Assembly: GCA_937889595.1 (NCBI GenBank)
Contig: CALAOR010000076.1
Span: 69,626-133,625, forward strand
Origin: an uncultured bacterium
GTDB lineage: Bacteria > Oederibacteriota > PGYV01 > Palsa-1178
Length of the DNA stretch: 64,000 nucleotides
Reading direction: 5' to 3'
Shown here piece by piece: positions 1-9,871 of the stretch. A model generated the notes under the pieces. That model was not told the origin of the DNA. It did not search any database and saw only the letters and a list, made by a program, of their open reading frames with translations. Each line of letters starts with the position of its first letter. Positions within the stretch are counted from its first letter, which is position 1. Position numbers and translations under genes: made by a program.

Positions 1-545
1 CGGGGCATTTGATCATAAGCATTGTTGCGGGAGTTACTGTGGAAAAAATCCAGGGATTGCTGGGCATAAAATGCCCGGTTGTCAGGGTCATGCCGAACAC
101 ACCGGCTTTGGTCGGCGAAGGTGCCGCCGGGTACGCTTTCAGCGGAGAGGTAAATGATGCGGATAAAAAAACAGCGGAAAACATACTTTCCACATTCTGT
201 AAAGTCATGGTTAATGTGAAGGAATCTGAGATCAATAAGATAACCGCCTTAAGCGGCAGCGGACCCGCGTATGTTTTTTATTTTGCCGAAGCCATGCTTG
301 AAGCGGCGGCGCGCATGGATTTTGACCCGGAAAAAGCAAAAAAACTTGTTGCCCAGACGTTTAAAGGCGCGGCCGAGCTTTTGGCGCAAAGCAAGGACAG
401 CCCGGCTGTTTTAAGGCAAAATGTCACATCCAAAGGCGGCACGACAGAGCGCGCGCTGGGTGTTATGGATTCCGCGGGATTAAAAGACAGCTTCATAAAG
501 GCGGTTATTTCCGCAAAAGAGAAGGCTGATGAGCTTGGGAAATAA
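1..545 (+). CDS. proC: pyrroline-5-carboxylate reductase, C-terminal part (5' end lies outside the window)
   Basis: The translation (PNTPALVGEGAAGYAFS...SGSGPAYVFYFAEAMLEAA) matches the ProC C-terminal dimerisation domain. The reading frame is open back to nucleotide 1. Confidence 0.8.
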   Translation, partial: GHLIISIVAGVTVEKIQGLLGIKCPVVRVMPNTPALVGEGAAGYAFSGEVNDADKKTAENILSTFCKVMVNVKESEINKITALSGSGPAYVFYFAEAMLEAAARMDFDPEKAKKLVAQTFKGAAELLAQSKDSPAVLRQNVTSKGGTTERALGVMDSAGLKDSFIKAVISAKEKADELGK

Positions 546-831
546 CATATACCGGCTTATAATCGACATCATACAGGGCTCGGCGACTTTGTACATGTTC
601 CTTATTTTGATAAGGTCGCTGATGACGTGGCTCAAGCAGGACGTCATAGTCAGGTTCTACGGATTTTTCAATGTTGTGGCAAAAATAACGGACCCATTTT
701 TAAATATGGTGAGGAAAATTTTTCCATCATACATGGGAAGGGTTGACCTGTCGCCGATTATTGCCCTTATGCTGGTGGAAGTCTTAAAGTACCTGCTTAT
801 ATACGGGGTAAAGTTATTTTACAAATTATGA
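529..831 (+). CDS. yggT: YggT family membrane protein
   Basis: A 100-aa hydrophobic protein carrying the YGGT-family motifs. It sits in the conserved proC-yggT context. Confidence 0.7.
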   Translation: MSLGNNIYRLIIDIIQGSATLYMFLILIRSLMTWLKQDVIVRFYGFFNVVAKITDPFLNMVRKIFPSYMGRVDLSPIIALMLVEVLKYLLIYGVKLFYKL

Positions 832-1124
832 TTTATAATCTGAAGGAAATTGGAGGAGCCGTGACTTTTGATGTTAAAGTCACGCCCGGTTCGTCAAAAA
901 ACGAGATAACAGGCGTAAAAGACGGCGTGCTTAAGGTGAAAATAACCGCGGCGCCGGACAGGGGAAAGGCAAACAGGGAACTGGCCGGATTTTTAAGCGA
1001 ATTTTTTGAGGTGAAAAAACCGGCGGTAACAATCATTAAAGGCGATAAATCCAGGAATAAAAGCATCAGGATATCAGGCATGACAAAAAAAGATTTTGAG
1101 ACAAAATGCGGAGGTGTAATGTGA
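828..1124 (+). CDS. DUF167 (YggU) family protein
   Basis: The sequence VTPGSSKNEI...KGKANRELAGFLSE...KPAVTIIKGDKSRNK is the DUF167 signature. It overlaps the yggT stop, indicating coupled translation. Confidence 0.75.
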   Translation: MIYNLKEIGGAVTFDVKVTPGSSKNEITGVKDGVLKVKITAAPDRGKANRELAGFLSEFFEVKKPAVTIIKGDKSRNKSIRISGMTKKDFETKCGGVM

Positions 1125-1951
1125 AAGATCTGAAGAAAAAGATACTCCAATCGGCTGCCGGGATAAGAAAGGAAGTTCCCGGTTTTAACCCTGAAATAGG
1201 CATCATATTGGGCACGGGTCTTGGGGCCCTGGCAGGGGAAATTAAAACCATAAAATCGATACCATATGGAAAAATACCGAACTTTCCGCTGTCGACGGTC
1301 GAATCCCACCATGGCCAGCTTGTCTGCGGCGAGATCGAAGGCAGGAAAGTTGTTGCCATGCAGGGAAGGTTCCACCGCTATGAAGGCTATACCATGCAGG
1401 AAGTGACCTTTCCGGTCCGTGTCATGAAGGAGCTGGGTATAAAGTATCTTATGATATCAAACGCCGCAGGCGGGTTGAACCCGAAATTCAAGGCGCCGTG
1501 CCTTGTATTAATTGAGGACCATATCAGCCTTTTAATGGGCGACAGTCCCTTAATCGGTCCCAATGATGATGAGGTGGGCCCGCGCTGGCCGGACATGGTT
1601 GAGCCTTATTCGAAGGAATTGATTGAAATCGCGGAAAAGGCGGCAAAAGATCTGAAAATAGAGCTGCACAAAGGGGTTTATATCGGTGTGCCGGGGCCGA
1701 ATTTTGAAACCCGCTCCGAGTACAGGTTCATTAATAAATTCGCAGACATGGTGGGCATGTCCACTGTGCCTGAAGTAATAGTGGCGGTTCACTGCGGTAT
1801 AAAGGTACTGGGTGTATCTGTAATTACCGACTTGTGTGACCCGGATAATCTGGAACCGGCGGATATCCCGAAAATTATACAGAACGCCACTATTGCCGAA
1901 CCAAAATTAACGGTACTGATGAAAGAAGTAATTAAAAGGATAAAGGGGTAA
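1121..1951 (+). CDS. purine nucleoside phosphorylase, family I (PunA/MTAP type)
   Basis: MQGRFHRYEGY...NAAGGLNP matches human PNP and PunA. The likely start is the GTG at 1121, 6 nt after GGAGG; the ORF track begins at an ATG at 1106. Its position next to mtnA suggests a role with MTA in methionine salvage. Confidence 0.8.
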   Translation: MKDLKKKILQSAAGIRKEVPGFNPEIGIILGTGLGALAGEIKTIKSIPYGKIPNFPLSTVESHHGQLVCGEIEGRKVVAMQGRFHRYEGYTMQEVTFPVRVMKELGIKYLMISNAAGGLNPKFKAPCLVLIEDHISLLMGDSPLIGPNDDEVGPRWPDMVEPYSKELIEIAEKAAKDLKIELHKGVYIGVPGPNFETRSEYRFINKFADMVGMSTVPEVIVAVHCGIKVLGVSVITDLCDPDNLEPADIPKIIQNATIAEPKLTVLMKEVIKRIKG

Positions 1952-1958
1952 TAATAAA

Positions 1959-3023
1959 ATGAAGGACTTCAGCCCTGTAGAATGGAAAAATAACCAGCTA
2001 ATAGTTCTTGACCAGTTATTGCTGCCGTTTGCGCAAAAGGAAATTATCTGCCGGACCTATAAGGATGTGGCCGCGGCCATAAAGGATATGAACCTGCGCG
2101 GCGCGCCTTTGATCGGCATAGCGGCGGCATTCGGGATGGCCATGGAAGTAAAGCGGTCAAAATCAACCAAGTACGATAAATTCAGCAATGAAATGATCAA
2201 GATCGGCGGAGAGCTGGTAAAGACAAGGCCGACAGCAGTCAACTTAAAATGGGCCGTTGACAGGATGCTTAAAGTAATGGAACAGAACAGGGAAAGGCGC
2301 ATACCGAGCTTAAAAGACCTTTTGATCGCGGAAGCCGTTAAAATTTACAGGGAAGACCTGGATAATAACAAGCTCATAGGAAAATTCGGCTCGGAGCTGA
2401 TCCGTGAAAAGGATACCGTGCTAACGCACTGCAACGCAGGCGCGCTTGCTACAGCCGGTTATGGAACGGCCCTGGGCGTGATCAGGGCAGCGCACGAAAA
2501 AAAGAAAAAGATAACGGTGTTTGTCGACGAGACAAGGCCGTATCTGCAGGGCGCGAGGCTCACTGCGTGGGAATTGGAACAGGAAAATATACCGCATTAC
2601 CTGATAACCGACAATATGGCGGGTTATTTCATGTCCATAGGCAGGATAAACGTGGTGGTAGTCGGGGCGGACAGGATAACCGCAAACGGGGATGTGGCAA
2701 ACAAGATAGGGACATATTCGGCTGCCGTGCTCGCGTATACGAACAACATACCTTTTTATGTGGCCGCGCCGTCTTCCACCATAGATTTCAGTCTGAAAAG
2801 TGGAAGCCAGATACCCATAGAGATGAGAAGCGAGGATGAGGTAAAGAAAATTTTTGGCAGGGACATAACCTGCAAAAAAACAAGGGCCCTTCATCCGGCT
2901 TTTGACGTAACACCTTCGAAATACATAACGGCGATAATAACTGAAAAAGGCGTCATAAGGGCCCCGTATGAACATAACCTTGAAAAAGTATTCTTAAACA
3001 AGGAAGTTGTGGCCGACTTGTGA
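1959..3023 (+). CDS. mtnA: S-methyl-5-thioribose-1-phosphate isomerase
   Basis: eIF-2B/MtnA family. The THCNAGALATAGYGTALGVIRAA motif is present. Confidence 0.85.
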   Translation: MKDFSPVEWKNNQLIVLDQLLLPFAQKEIICRTYKDVAAAIKDMNLRGAPLIGIAAAFGMAMEVKRSKSTKYDKFSNEMIKIGGELVKTRPTAVNLKWAVDRMLKVMEQNRERRIPSLKDLLIAEAVKIYREDLDNNKLIGKFGSELIREKDTVLTHCNAGALATAGYGTALGVIRAAHEKKKKITVFVDETRPYLQGARLTAWELEQENIPHYLITDNMAGYFMSIGRINVVVVGADRITANGDVANKIGTYSAAVLAYTNNIPFYVAAPSSTIDFSLKSGSQIPIEMRSEDEVKKIFGRDITCKKTRALHPAFDVTPSKYITAIITEKGVIRAPYEHNLEKVFLNKEVVADL

Positions 3024-3445
3024 CGCAGGGATGGGTTGACGACGGGTATTGTTTTGCCTGCGGCGAGAAAAATCCCATAGGCATGCACCTTCACTTTACG
3101 CTCACCGGAGACGGCGGTATAGAGGCAAAATACACATTTCCAAAGGAACTTCAGGGATATTCGGGGATCGTCCATGGAGGAATGATATCTTTACTTTTGG
3201 ACGAAGTTATGGTAAATTTACCGTGGCTTAAATTGAAACAACCGGCAGTTTCAGCTGATATCAGGATCAAGCTTAAACGTCCGTTGAAAATCGGAGAACC
3301 AGTTATAGCCAGGGCCTTTATAAACAAGCAGAAAAAGAAGATTTTTTGGGTAAAAGGCGTGCTTATCCGCGAGCGTGACGGCGTGGAAGTGGCTGAGGCA
3401 GAAGCTACCTGCGTGCAGGTGAGCCTTGACCAGATGAACGCGTAA
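3020..3445 (+). CDS. hotdog-fold acyl-CoA thioesterase (PaaI/YbgC-like)
   Basis: HGGMISLLLDEVM is a thioesterase-superfamily motif. The gene overlaps mtnA by 4 bp. Confidence 0.65.
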   Translation: MTQGWVDDGYCFACGEKNPIGMHLHFTLTGDGGIEAKYTFPKELQGYSGIVHGGMISLLLDEVMVNLPWLKLKQPAVSADIRIKLKRPLKIGEPVIARAFINKQKKKIFWVKGVLIRERDGVEVAEAEATCVQVSLDQMNA

Positions 3446-3546
3446 CTTAAGGAGTGCCGGATGCCGGATTTGCTGAAACGGTCAATCATGCGTCTATAAG
3501 AAATCAGCGTAAATAAAATACAACTTAAAAAACTCGGAGGTAACAG

Positions 3547-3639
3547 ATGGGAAGCGGAAAGAAAAGACACAAATGGAAAATCAAGACACACAAGAGAAAA
3601 AAACATAGAAGAGTGAACAGGTTTAAAGCGGGCAAATAG
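3547..3639 (+). CDS. unannotated 30-aa highly basic protein (MGSGKKRHKWKIKTHKRKKHRRVNRFKAGK); possible bS22-like ribosomal protein
   Basis: The ATG lies 6 nt after GGAGGT. The product is 50% K/R/H. It is below the 60-aa cutoff of the ORF track. Confidence 0.45.
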   Translation: MGSGKKRHKWKIKTHKRKKHRRVNRFKAGK

Positions 3640-3682
3640 CCGTAAATAGGAACCGTAATAAAAGAACAAAACGGAGGATTTC

Positions 3683-4435
3683 ATGTCAGGACACTCAAAA
3701 TGGGCGACAATTAAACGCAAGAAAGCCCTAACTGATTCAAAGAGGGGCGCTTCGTTTACCAAGATAATCAGGGAAATAATAGTCGCGGCCAAATCAGGCG
3801 GCGACGTAAATTCCAATGCCAGGTTAAGGACGGTTGTTGAAAAGGCCAAAGCCGTTAACATGCCTTCCGATAATATTAAAAAAGCAATACAGAAAGGCAC
3901 GGGCGAACTTCCAGGCGTCAATTACGAGGAAATAATGTATGAAGGTTACGGACCGGGCGGTGTTGCTTTGATAATCAACGTCACGACCGACAATAAGAAC
4001 AGATCAGCCGCGGATTTGCGGGCGATCCTCGCGAAGTGTAACGGTTCCATGGCTGCTCCGGGCGCGACAGCCTGGCAGTTTGACCAGAGAGGCTTTATTT
4101 CCGTGCCTAAGGAATCCATAGACGAAGACAGCCTGATGGAAGTCGCGCTTGATGCGGGCGCACAGGATATAAAAAATGAAGATGAGTCCTATGATATAGT
4201 AACCGCGGTTGCTGATTTCGAGAAGGTAAAAAAGGCGCTTGAGGCAAAAAGCGTCAAGTTTACCGTCGCTGAGATCACCATGGTGCCCAAGAACTATGTC
4301 AAGCTTGAAGGAAAAGACGCCGAACGGATGCTCAAACTCATGGAAGCACTTGAGGAGCACGAGGACACGTCAAATGTTTACGCAAATTTCGACATACCCA
4401 AGGAAGTAATGGATAAGATCAGTTTGGAAGGGTAA
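3683..4435 (+). CDS. yebC: YebC/PmpR family DNA-binding regulator
   Basis: The N-terminus MSGHSKWATIKRKKA is the YebC family signature. Confidence 0.9.
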   Translation: MSGHSKWATIKRKKALTDSKRGASFTKIIREIIVAAKSGGDVNSNARLRTVVEKAKAVNMPSDNIKKAIQKGTGELPGVNYEEIMYEGYGPGGVALIINVTTDNKNRSAADLRAILAKCNGSMAAPGATAWQFDQRGFISVPKESIDEDSLMEVALDAGAQDIKNEDESYDIVTAVADFEKVKKALEAKSVKFTVAEITMVPKNYVKLEGKDAERMLKLMEALEEHEDTSNVYANFDIPKEVMDKISLEG

Positions 4436-4448
4436 TTTAAACCTGTAA

Positions 4449-4490
4449 TAACAAAGGGGCGGAGTTTTTCCGCCCTTTTTTTTTAAGTCA
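4449..4490 (+). terminator. rho-independent terminator
   Basis: aggggcgga-gttttt-tccgcccct followed by a T9 run. Confidence 0.8.
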
Positions 4491-4618
4491 AAATATTCAG
4501 ATAGGTGAAAGTAGAAAGTAGAAGGGTGTGTCCCTGAACCATTCGCTGAAGCTCAGGTTCAGGGTAAAGTTGCTCTCATTATAATAGGGCAGTACACCGG
4601 AAAGAACGGGTAATTTGC

Positions 4619-5536
4619 ATGGAAGAACTGCCTTACAATTCGCTCAGGGAATATTACGCGGTTAAATACAGGGAAAGGGTCCAAAAAATAACAGTATCCC
4701 TGCCTTTTACATGCCCGCACATGGCTGAAGACGGCACCGGAGGATGTACTTACTGCCATAAGGGAAGCATACCTGATTTAAATGACCCGCAGCTGCCCAT
4801 GGCCATGCAGGTTGCCACAGGCATTGCTGCGGCCCAAAAACGGTATGGCCCGGACACAAAATTCATCATCTATTTCCAGACGTATACAAATACAAACGCC
4901 CCGCTGAAAACCTTGAAAAAAATCTATGATGAAGCTTTTAACCATATGAACGTGATAGGGATTGACATAGGCACAAGGCCTGATTGCGCGGGCGATGAAG
5001 TGCTGAAGCTTCTTGATTCATACTGTGACCTGGGATATGAAGTGTGGATAGAGTTCGGCCTGCAATCGGCGAATGACGATACTTTAAAGGCGGTAAACAG
5101 GGGGCATACGGCCCGGGATTTTATAGACGCCCTAAAGCGGGCCGGGAAAACGCGATTGAAAATCGCAACGCATATGATAGTGGGGCTGCCCGGAGAAACA
5201 AAAACAGATTACATGAAAACCGCGCGGTTGATAGCTTCCCTGGGCGCACACGCAATAAAGATACATCCTTTGTACGTTATGGAGGGAACCGCGCTCGGTG
5301 ACAGGTATAAAAAGAAGCCTTTCGGCATACTTAGCCTGGATGATTATATAGAAGTGCTGGCCGACATCATAGAAATACTGCCGCCCGGGATGATAGTGAT
5401 GCGGTATAGTTCGGAAGCCATAGAAAGCCATTTGCTGGCGCCCAATTACTGCAAGCCCGAATATAAAGCGATAATAAAGCAAATGCTTATCGCAGAATTA
5501 AAAAAAAGAGGCACGAGGCAGGGTTTTAGGGTATAA
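4619..5536 (+). CDS. TIGR01212-family radical SAM protein
   Basis: A cysteine cluster CPHMAEDGTGGCTYCHKG lies in a TIM-barrel-like context. The family is YhcC-like. Confidence 0.75.
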   Translation: MEELPYNSLREYYAVKYRERVQKITVSLPFTCPHMAEDGTGGCTYCHKGSIPDLNDPQLPMAMQVATGIAAAQKRYGPDTKFIIYFQTYTNTNAPLKTLKKIYDEAFNHMNVIGIDIGTRPDCAGDEVLKLLDSYCDLGYEVWIEFGLQSANDDTLKAVNRGHTARDFIDALKRAGKTRLKIATHMIVGLPGETKTDYMKTARLIASLGAHAIKIHPLYVMEGTALGDRYKKKPFGILSLDDYIEVLADIIEILPPGMIVMRYSSEAIESHLLAPNYCKPEYKAIIKQMLIAELKKRGTRQGFRV

Positions 5537-5615
5537 TTATATTTTCTGCATGGAACATGAAGCGGTTTGGAAACGTCTAAATATAAAAGTTCAATCAGGC
5601 ACAAAAGGCGGTTAT

Positions 5616-6905
5616 ATGGGAAAAAGAAGGATTCTTGTTTTGTTGGCAATACTCATGGCAATGCCTTTGCCGGCAATCGCCGGGGAAGTGACTTGGCAGG
5701 ACTGCGTTAAAGAGGCTTTGGCAGGCAATAATTCCCTGATTTCAGCCAGGGAAAAACTCAACCAGGCAAGGGCGCAAAGCTGGACAGCGGCCGCGGCGGC
5801 GCTCCCGCAGATATCCGCGTCGGCATCAGGTTCAAAAAACGGCAATGAAGCCGGGTTAAGCGACGTCCCTTATACGGGAAACGTACAGACCCAGAATTAT
5901 TCATACGGTTTAAGCGTACGGCAGCTGGTTTTTGACGGTTTTCAGAACACACAGGATATAATGAAAGCGTCGGAAGACGTGAAATCGGCTGAGTTTAATT
6001 ATAAGATTGCGTCCAGCCAGACCAGGTACAGCCTGAAATTGGATTACGCCGGGCTCATGAAGGCGCAGAGATTTTCCATTATTACGGCGCAGATCATGAA
6101 TTTAAGAAAGAAACAATTTGGGGACGTGACGCTCAGGTACAATGCCGGTAGGGAAGATAAGGGCGCCATGGATAATTCCAATGCTGATTACAAGGAATCT
6201 GTGTTTGAAGTTGATCAGTCAGTGCGCCAGATTGAACTGGCGAAACAAACCCTGTGTATTGCCCTGGGCAGGGAAATACACTCGGATATTTCCGTCAGGG
6301 AAGATTTTTCAATAACCGAGGATCTTTCCAAAGAACCCGATTTTGATGACCTGCTTAAAAACAACCTGAATTATCTGTTAGCCATATCACAGCGCAAATC
6401 TGCCGAGTTTTCATTCGGAGCATCTGTAAGTTCGTTTCTGCCTCAGGTATTCTTCAGCGGAAGCGTCGGCAGGGGTGCGGTTGCGCTCTGGCCCAGGGAT
6501 ACCAGCTGGTCATTGGGATTAAATATTTCTTTTTCCATATTTGACGGCGGCAAGTCCGAGGCCCAGTGTTCGGCGGCATTGGCGGCGCTGAACCAGGCAA
6601 AAGCCGATGAAAAGGCAGGCGCTGACAATACTTTGACGAGCCTGAAAACTGTCTGGTATGCCTTGAAAGATTCTTATACAAGCATGGGTGTGCAGCAATC
6701 GTACCTGGATGCAAGCGTCGAGCGCGCAAAAATAGCCGATGCTCAATATGCCACTGGCCTTATTGATTTTAATAACTGGACAATAATTCAAAACAGTCTT
6801 GTCAGTTCGCAGAAGGCCATTGTTTCGGCTCAGGCCGGATTATTGACCTCAGAAGCGGCCTGGATACAGGCAAAGGGAGGAACATTGGAAGATGAAACAA
6901 AATAA
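5616..6905 (+). CDS. TolC-family outer-membrane efflux protein
   Basis: A signal peptide (MGKRRILVLLAILMAMPLPAIA) is followed by two OEP repeats. The likely start is the ATG at 5616 after an AAGGCGG ribosome-binding site. Confidence 0.8.
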   Translation: MGKRRILVLLAILMAMPLPAIAGEVTWQDCVKEALAGNNSLISAREKLNQARAQSWTAAAAALPQISASASGSKNGNEAGLSDVPYTGNVQTQNYSYGLSVRQLVFDGFQNTQDIMKASEDVKSAEFNYKIASSQTRYSLKLDYAGLMKAQRFSIITAQIMNLRKKQFGDVTLRYNAGREDKGAMDNSNADYKESVFEVDQSVRQIELAKQTLCIALGREIHSDISVREDFSITEDLSKEPDFDDLLKNNLNYLLAISQRKSAEFSFGASVSSFLPQVFFSGSVGRGAVALWPRDTSWSLGLNISFSIFDGGKSEAQCSAALAALNQAKADEKAGADNTLTSLKTVWYALKDSYTSMGVQQSYLDASVERAKIADAQYATGLIDFNNWTIIQNSLVSSQKAIVSAQAGLLTSEAAWIQAKGGTLEDETK

Positions 6906-7863
6906 AATTTTATGGATATCGGGAATAGTTGTGGTTTTGATCGTGCTGGTTCTTGTTTTTTGGCCGAAAAAAGCCGCCAAAGTCACGGTGGAATATATTG
7001 TAAAGAAGGGTACTATAAAAATTGCGGTAACCACCACGGGAACCGTTTTGCCGCAGAACAGACTCGCAATAATGCCGCCTTTAGCCGGCAGGCTGGAAAG
7101 TATCCTTGTTGTGGAGGGCCAGCATGTTAAAAAGGGACAGACGCTTGCTTATATGAGCTCCTCGGACAGGGCGGCCCTGCTTGACGCGGCGCGCGCGCAG
7201 GGGGCAACCAGCCTGAAGGAATGGGAAAATGTTTACAAACCCATACCGCTTATAGCGCCTATCAACGGTGAAGTAATAGTAAGCGCCATGCAGCCGGGGC
7301 AAACAGTGTCGCCTACGGACGCTGTGCTGGTACTCTCTGACAGGCTTATTATACAGGCGCAGGTTGATGAAACCGACATTGGCAAGATAAAACTGGGGCA
7401 GAAGACCATGCTGGCCCTTGATGCCTATCCGGACCAGTCACTTGTTGGAAAAGTGGATCATATATATTATGAGTCAAAAACAGTCAACAATGTCACCATA
7501 TACAACGTTGATATTCTTCCCAGCAAGGTCCCTGAATATTTCCGTTCAGGCATGAGCGCAAATATAAGCGTAATCCAGCAGGAAAAGGATAATGTGCTGA
7601 TATTGCCGCTTGACGCTGTTAAAAAGATCAAGGACAAAAGCGTGGTTTTTGTAAAAATAGCAGGCAAGGAAAAACCTGATAAGCGGGAAGTTACGGCCGG
7701 TATTTCCGATGATGACAATATCGAGATAGTTTCCGGCGTCAATGAGAACGACACTGTCGTTGTATCAAAACAGACTTACGCGGGGCAGGCCAAATCCCAG
7801 GCAGTGAACCCGTTCATGCCCCAGCGGCCCGCAAGGACCAATGCGCGCGGCGGAGGACATTAA
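6892..7863 (+). CDS. macA: efflux periplasmic adaptor (MacA/HlyD family)
   Basis: One N-terminal transmembrane helix plus biotinyl-lipoyl and beta-barrel adaptor domains. It sits directly upstream of a macB-like gene. Confidence 0.8.
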   Translation: MKQNKILWISGIVVVLIVLVLVFWPKKAAKVTVEYIVKKGTIKIAVTTTGTVLPQNRLAIMPPLAGRLESILVVEGQHVKKGQTLAYMSSSDRAALLDAARAQGATSLKEWENVYKPIPLIAPINGEVIVSAMQPGQTVSPTDAVLVLSDRLIIQAQVDETDIGKIKLGQKTMLALDAYPDQSLVGKVDHIYYESKTVNNVTIYNVDILPSKVPEYFRSGMSANISVIQQEKDNVLILPLDAVKKIKDKSVVFVKIAGKEKPDKREVTAGISDDDNIEIVSGVNENDTVVVSKQTYAGQAKSQAVNPFMPQRPARTNARGGGH

Positions 7864-7903
7864 CATATCATAAATCGGATTGAAAATCTGTAAAGGATGA
7901 AAA

Positions 7904-9871
7904 ATGAAAATAATAAGTATAAGGAACCTCAGTAAAACATATAACACGGGAAAGATAAGTTTTAAGGCTTTAGATGATGTGTCTTTGGAGGTTGAACCGG
8001 GCGAATTCGTGGCTATCATGGGGCCGTCGGGTTCGGGAAAATCAACGCTCATGCACCTTATGGGGTTCTTGGATTCTCCCGATTCAGGTTCATATAATTT
8101 GAACGGCATAGAAACCGCAAAGCTTTCGGATGATGAGTACGCCCAGTTAAGGTCGGGCTTTATAGGTTTTGTGTTCCAGCAGTTCCATCTTCTTCCGAGG
8201 GAAAATACCGTGGAAAATGTGGAACTACCGTTAATATACGCGGGCAAACCTGAATCTCACGGAGAAGGTATAAAACTGCTTAAGGAAGTAGGGTTGATAT
8301 CAAAAGAACAGAATATGCCCAATGAACTTTCCGGCGGTGAACGCCAGAGGGTGGCTATCGCGAGGTCCCTGGTAAATAATCCGGAGGTAATACTTGCAGA
8401 CGAACCTACCGGCAACCTTGACTCAAAAAGCCAGACAGAAATCATGCAGCTTTTGGCGGGTTTGAATAAAAAAGGCAAGACAATAATAATGGTTACACAT
8501 GATGAAGAAGTCTCCGAATATGCCGGAAGAATTGTAAGAATAAGAGACGGGAAAATAGTATCTGACACTCAAAATAAAGGAAAGTTTTATGAAGCGCCGG
8601 ACGTTCTTATGGCAAACAGTGACGCGGGCAAATCCGCCGTCAAACCGCCGATGTCGAGGATAGAGTTTGTGGATTACATAAGGCAGGCATTTAATTCCAT
8701 TATGGGAAATAAACTGCGTTCAGTGCTTTCAATGCTTGGAATTTTGATAGGCGTCGCCGCGGTAATAGCCATGCTTGCGCTCGGCCAAGGAGCGAAAGAC
8801 GCCATACAAAAAAGTCTATCATCTCTCGGTACAAATCTCCTGACTGTTATCCCGGGTAATACAAGGATGGGCGGTGTCTCAATGGGCACCGGTACAGTCA
8901 CCCGTTTTACGCTTCAGGATGTGGATGCGTTGGCTAAATTAACTGAAGTAAAATATACCTCAGGGACGGTAAGCGGCAGGGGGCAGATAGTGTATCAGGA
9001 CAAGAATTGGAGCACCCGTGTGCAAGGGGTCGGAGAAAACTATCCGTTGATGAGGAACGCGGTCCCGGCTTTTGGGAATTTTTATACGGAAAACGACATG
9101 CAGACAAGGAATAGGGTTTGTATAATCGGGCAGACTGTAGCCACAAATCTTTTTGGGGATTCCGATCCTTTGGGGCAGCAGATAAAAATAAATAAAATCG
9201 CATTTAAGGTTATAGGGGTACTGCCTTCCAAGGGTTCAAGCGGGTGGCAGGACCAGGATGATGTGATAGTCATGCCTCTTACAACCGCTATGTTCAGGCT
9301 CCTGGGAAAGGAATATGTGGATTCAATTGACATTCAGGTCAAGGATTTTTCCATGATGCAGGACGCACAGGATTCCATAACAGCATTGCTGAGAAAAAGG
9401 CATAAAATTAACAATCCTGATGATACGAGTTTTCAGATAATGAACATGGCGGATATCCAGAAAACCATGTCAGATACAGCAAACTCCATGTCTCTGCTAT
9501 TGGGTTTTATCGCGGCCATATCCCTGGTAGTGGGCGGCGTGGGCATCATGAACATCATGCTTGTGTCTGTTACCGAGCGTACCAGGGAAATCGGATTGAG
9601 GAAAGCCATAGGGGCGAAAAGAAAAGATATCATGACGCAGTTTATAATCGAGTCGGTTCTGATGACGTTTATCGGGGGCGTGGCGGGAATTATATTCGGA
9701 TCTTGTGCAACTCTGCTTTTATCAGCGGTAGCAAAGTGGACAACGAGCATATCCATGGTTTCAGTGGTCGGGGTTACCCTGTTTTCAATCGGTGTCGGGG
9801 TGGTATTCGGCATTATGCCGGCCCAAAAAGCAGCCCAGCTGAACCCGATAGACGCGCTCCGTTACGAATAA
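7904..9871 (+). CDS. macB: MacB-type ABC transporter, fused ATPase and FtsX-like permease
   Basis: Walker A GPSGSGKST, signature LSGGERQRVAIARS, and a C-terminal 4-TM FtsX permease with a large periplasmic domain. Confidence 0.9.
   Translation: MKIISIRNLSKTYNTGKISFKALDDVSLEVEPGEFVAIMGPSGSGKSTLMHLMGFLDSPDSGSYNLNGIETAKLSDDEYAQLRSGFIGFVFQQFHLLPRENTVENVELPLIYAGKPESHGEGIKLLKEVGLISKEQNMPNELSGGERQRVAIARSLVNNPEVILADEPTGNLDSKSQTEIMQLLAGLNKKGKTIIMVTHDEEVSEYAGRIVRIRDGKIVSDTQNKGKFYEAPDVLMANSDAGKSAVKPPMSRIEFVDYIRQAFNSIMGNKLRSVLSMLGILIGVAAVIAMLALGQGAKDAIQKSLSSLGTNLLTVIPGNTRMGGVSMGTGTVTRFTLQDVDALAKLTEVKYTSGTVSGRGQIVYQDKNWSTRVQGVGENYPLMRNAVPAFGNFYTENDMQTRNRVCIIGQTVATNLFGDSDPLGQQIKINKIAFKVIGVLPSKGSSGWQDQDDVIVMPLTTAMFRLLGKEYVDSIDIQVKDFSMMQDAQDSITALLRKRHKINNPDDTSFQIMNMADIQKTMSDTANSMSLLLGFIAAISLVVGGVGIMNIMLVSVTERTREIGLRKAIGAKRKDIMTQFIIESVLMTFIGGVAGIIFGSCATLLLSAVAKWTTSISMVSVVGVTLFSIGVGVVFGIMPAQKAAQLNPIDALRYE

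Noticed and set aside
833-1375. Minus-strand 180-aa ORF (and other long minus-strand ORFs such as 3151-3921, 11377-11997, 34244-34942, 37533-38120, 53274-53956, 55893-56432, 59991-60479)
   Set aside because: Each one lies antisense to a + strand gene with clear homology. Their proteins are low-complexity or repetitive and they have no ribosome-binding sites. They are shadow ORFs typical of compositionally biased coding DNA.
2567-2839. Plus-strand 90-aa ORF rich in G/R inside mtnA in another frame
   Set aside because: It overlaps the well-supported mtnA coding frame and is an alternative-frame artefact.
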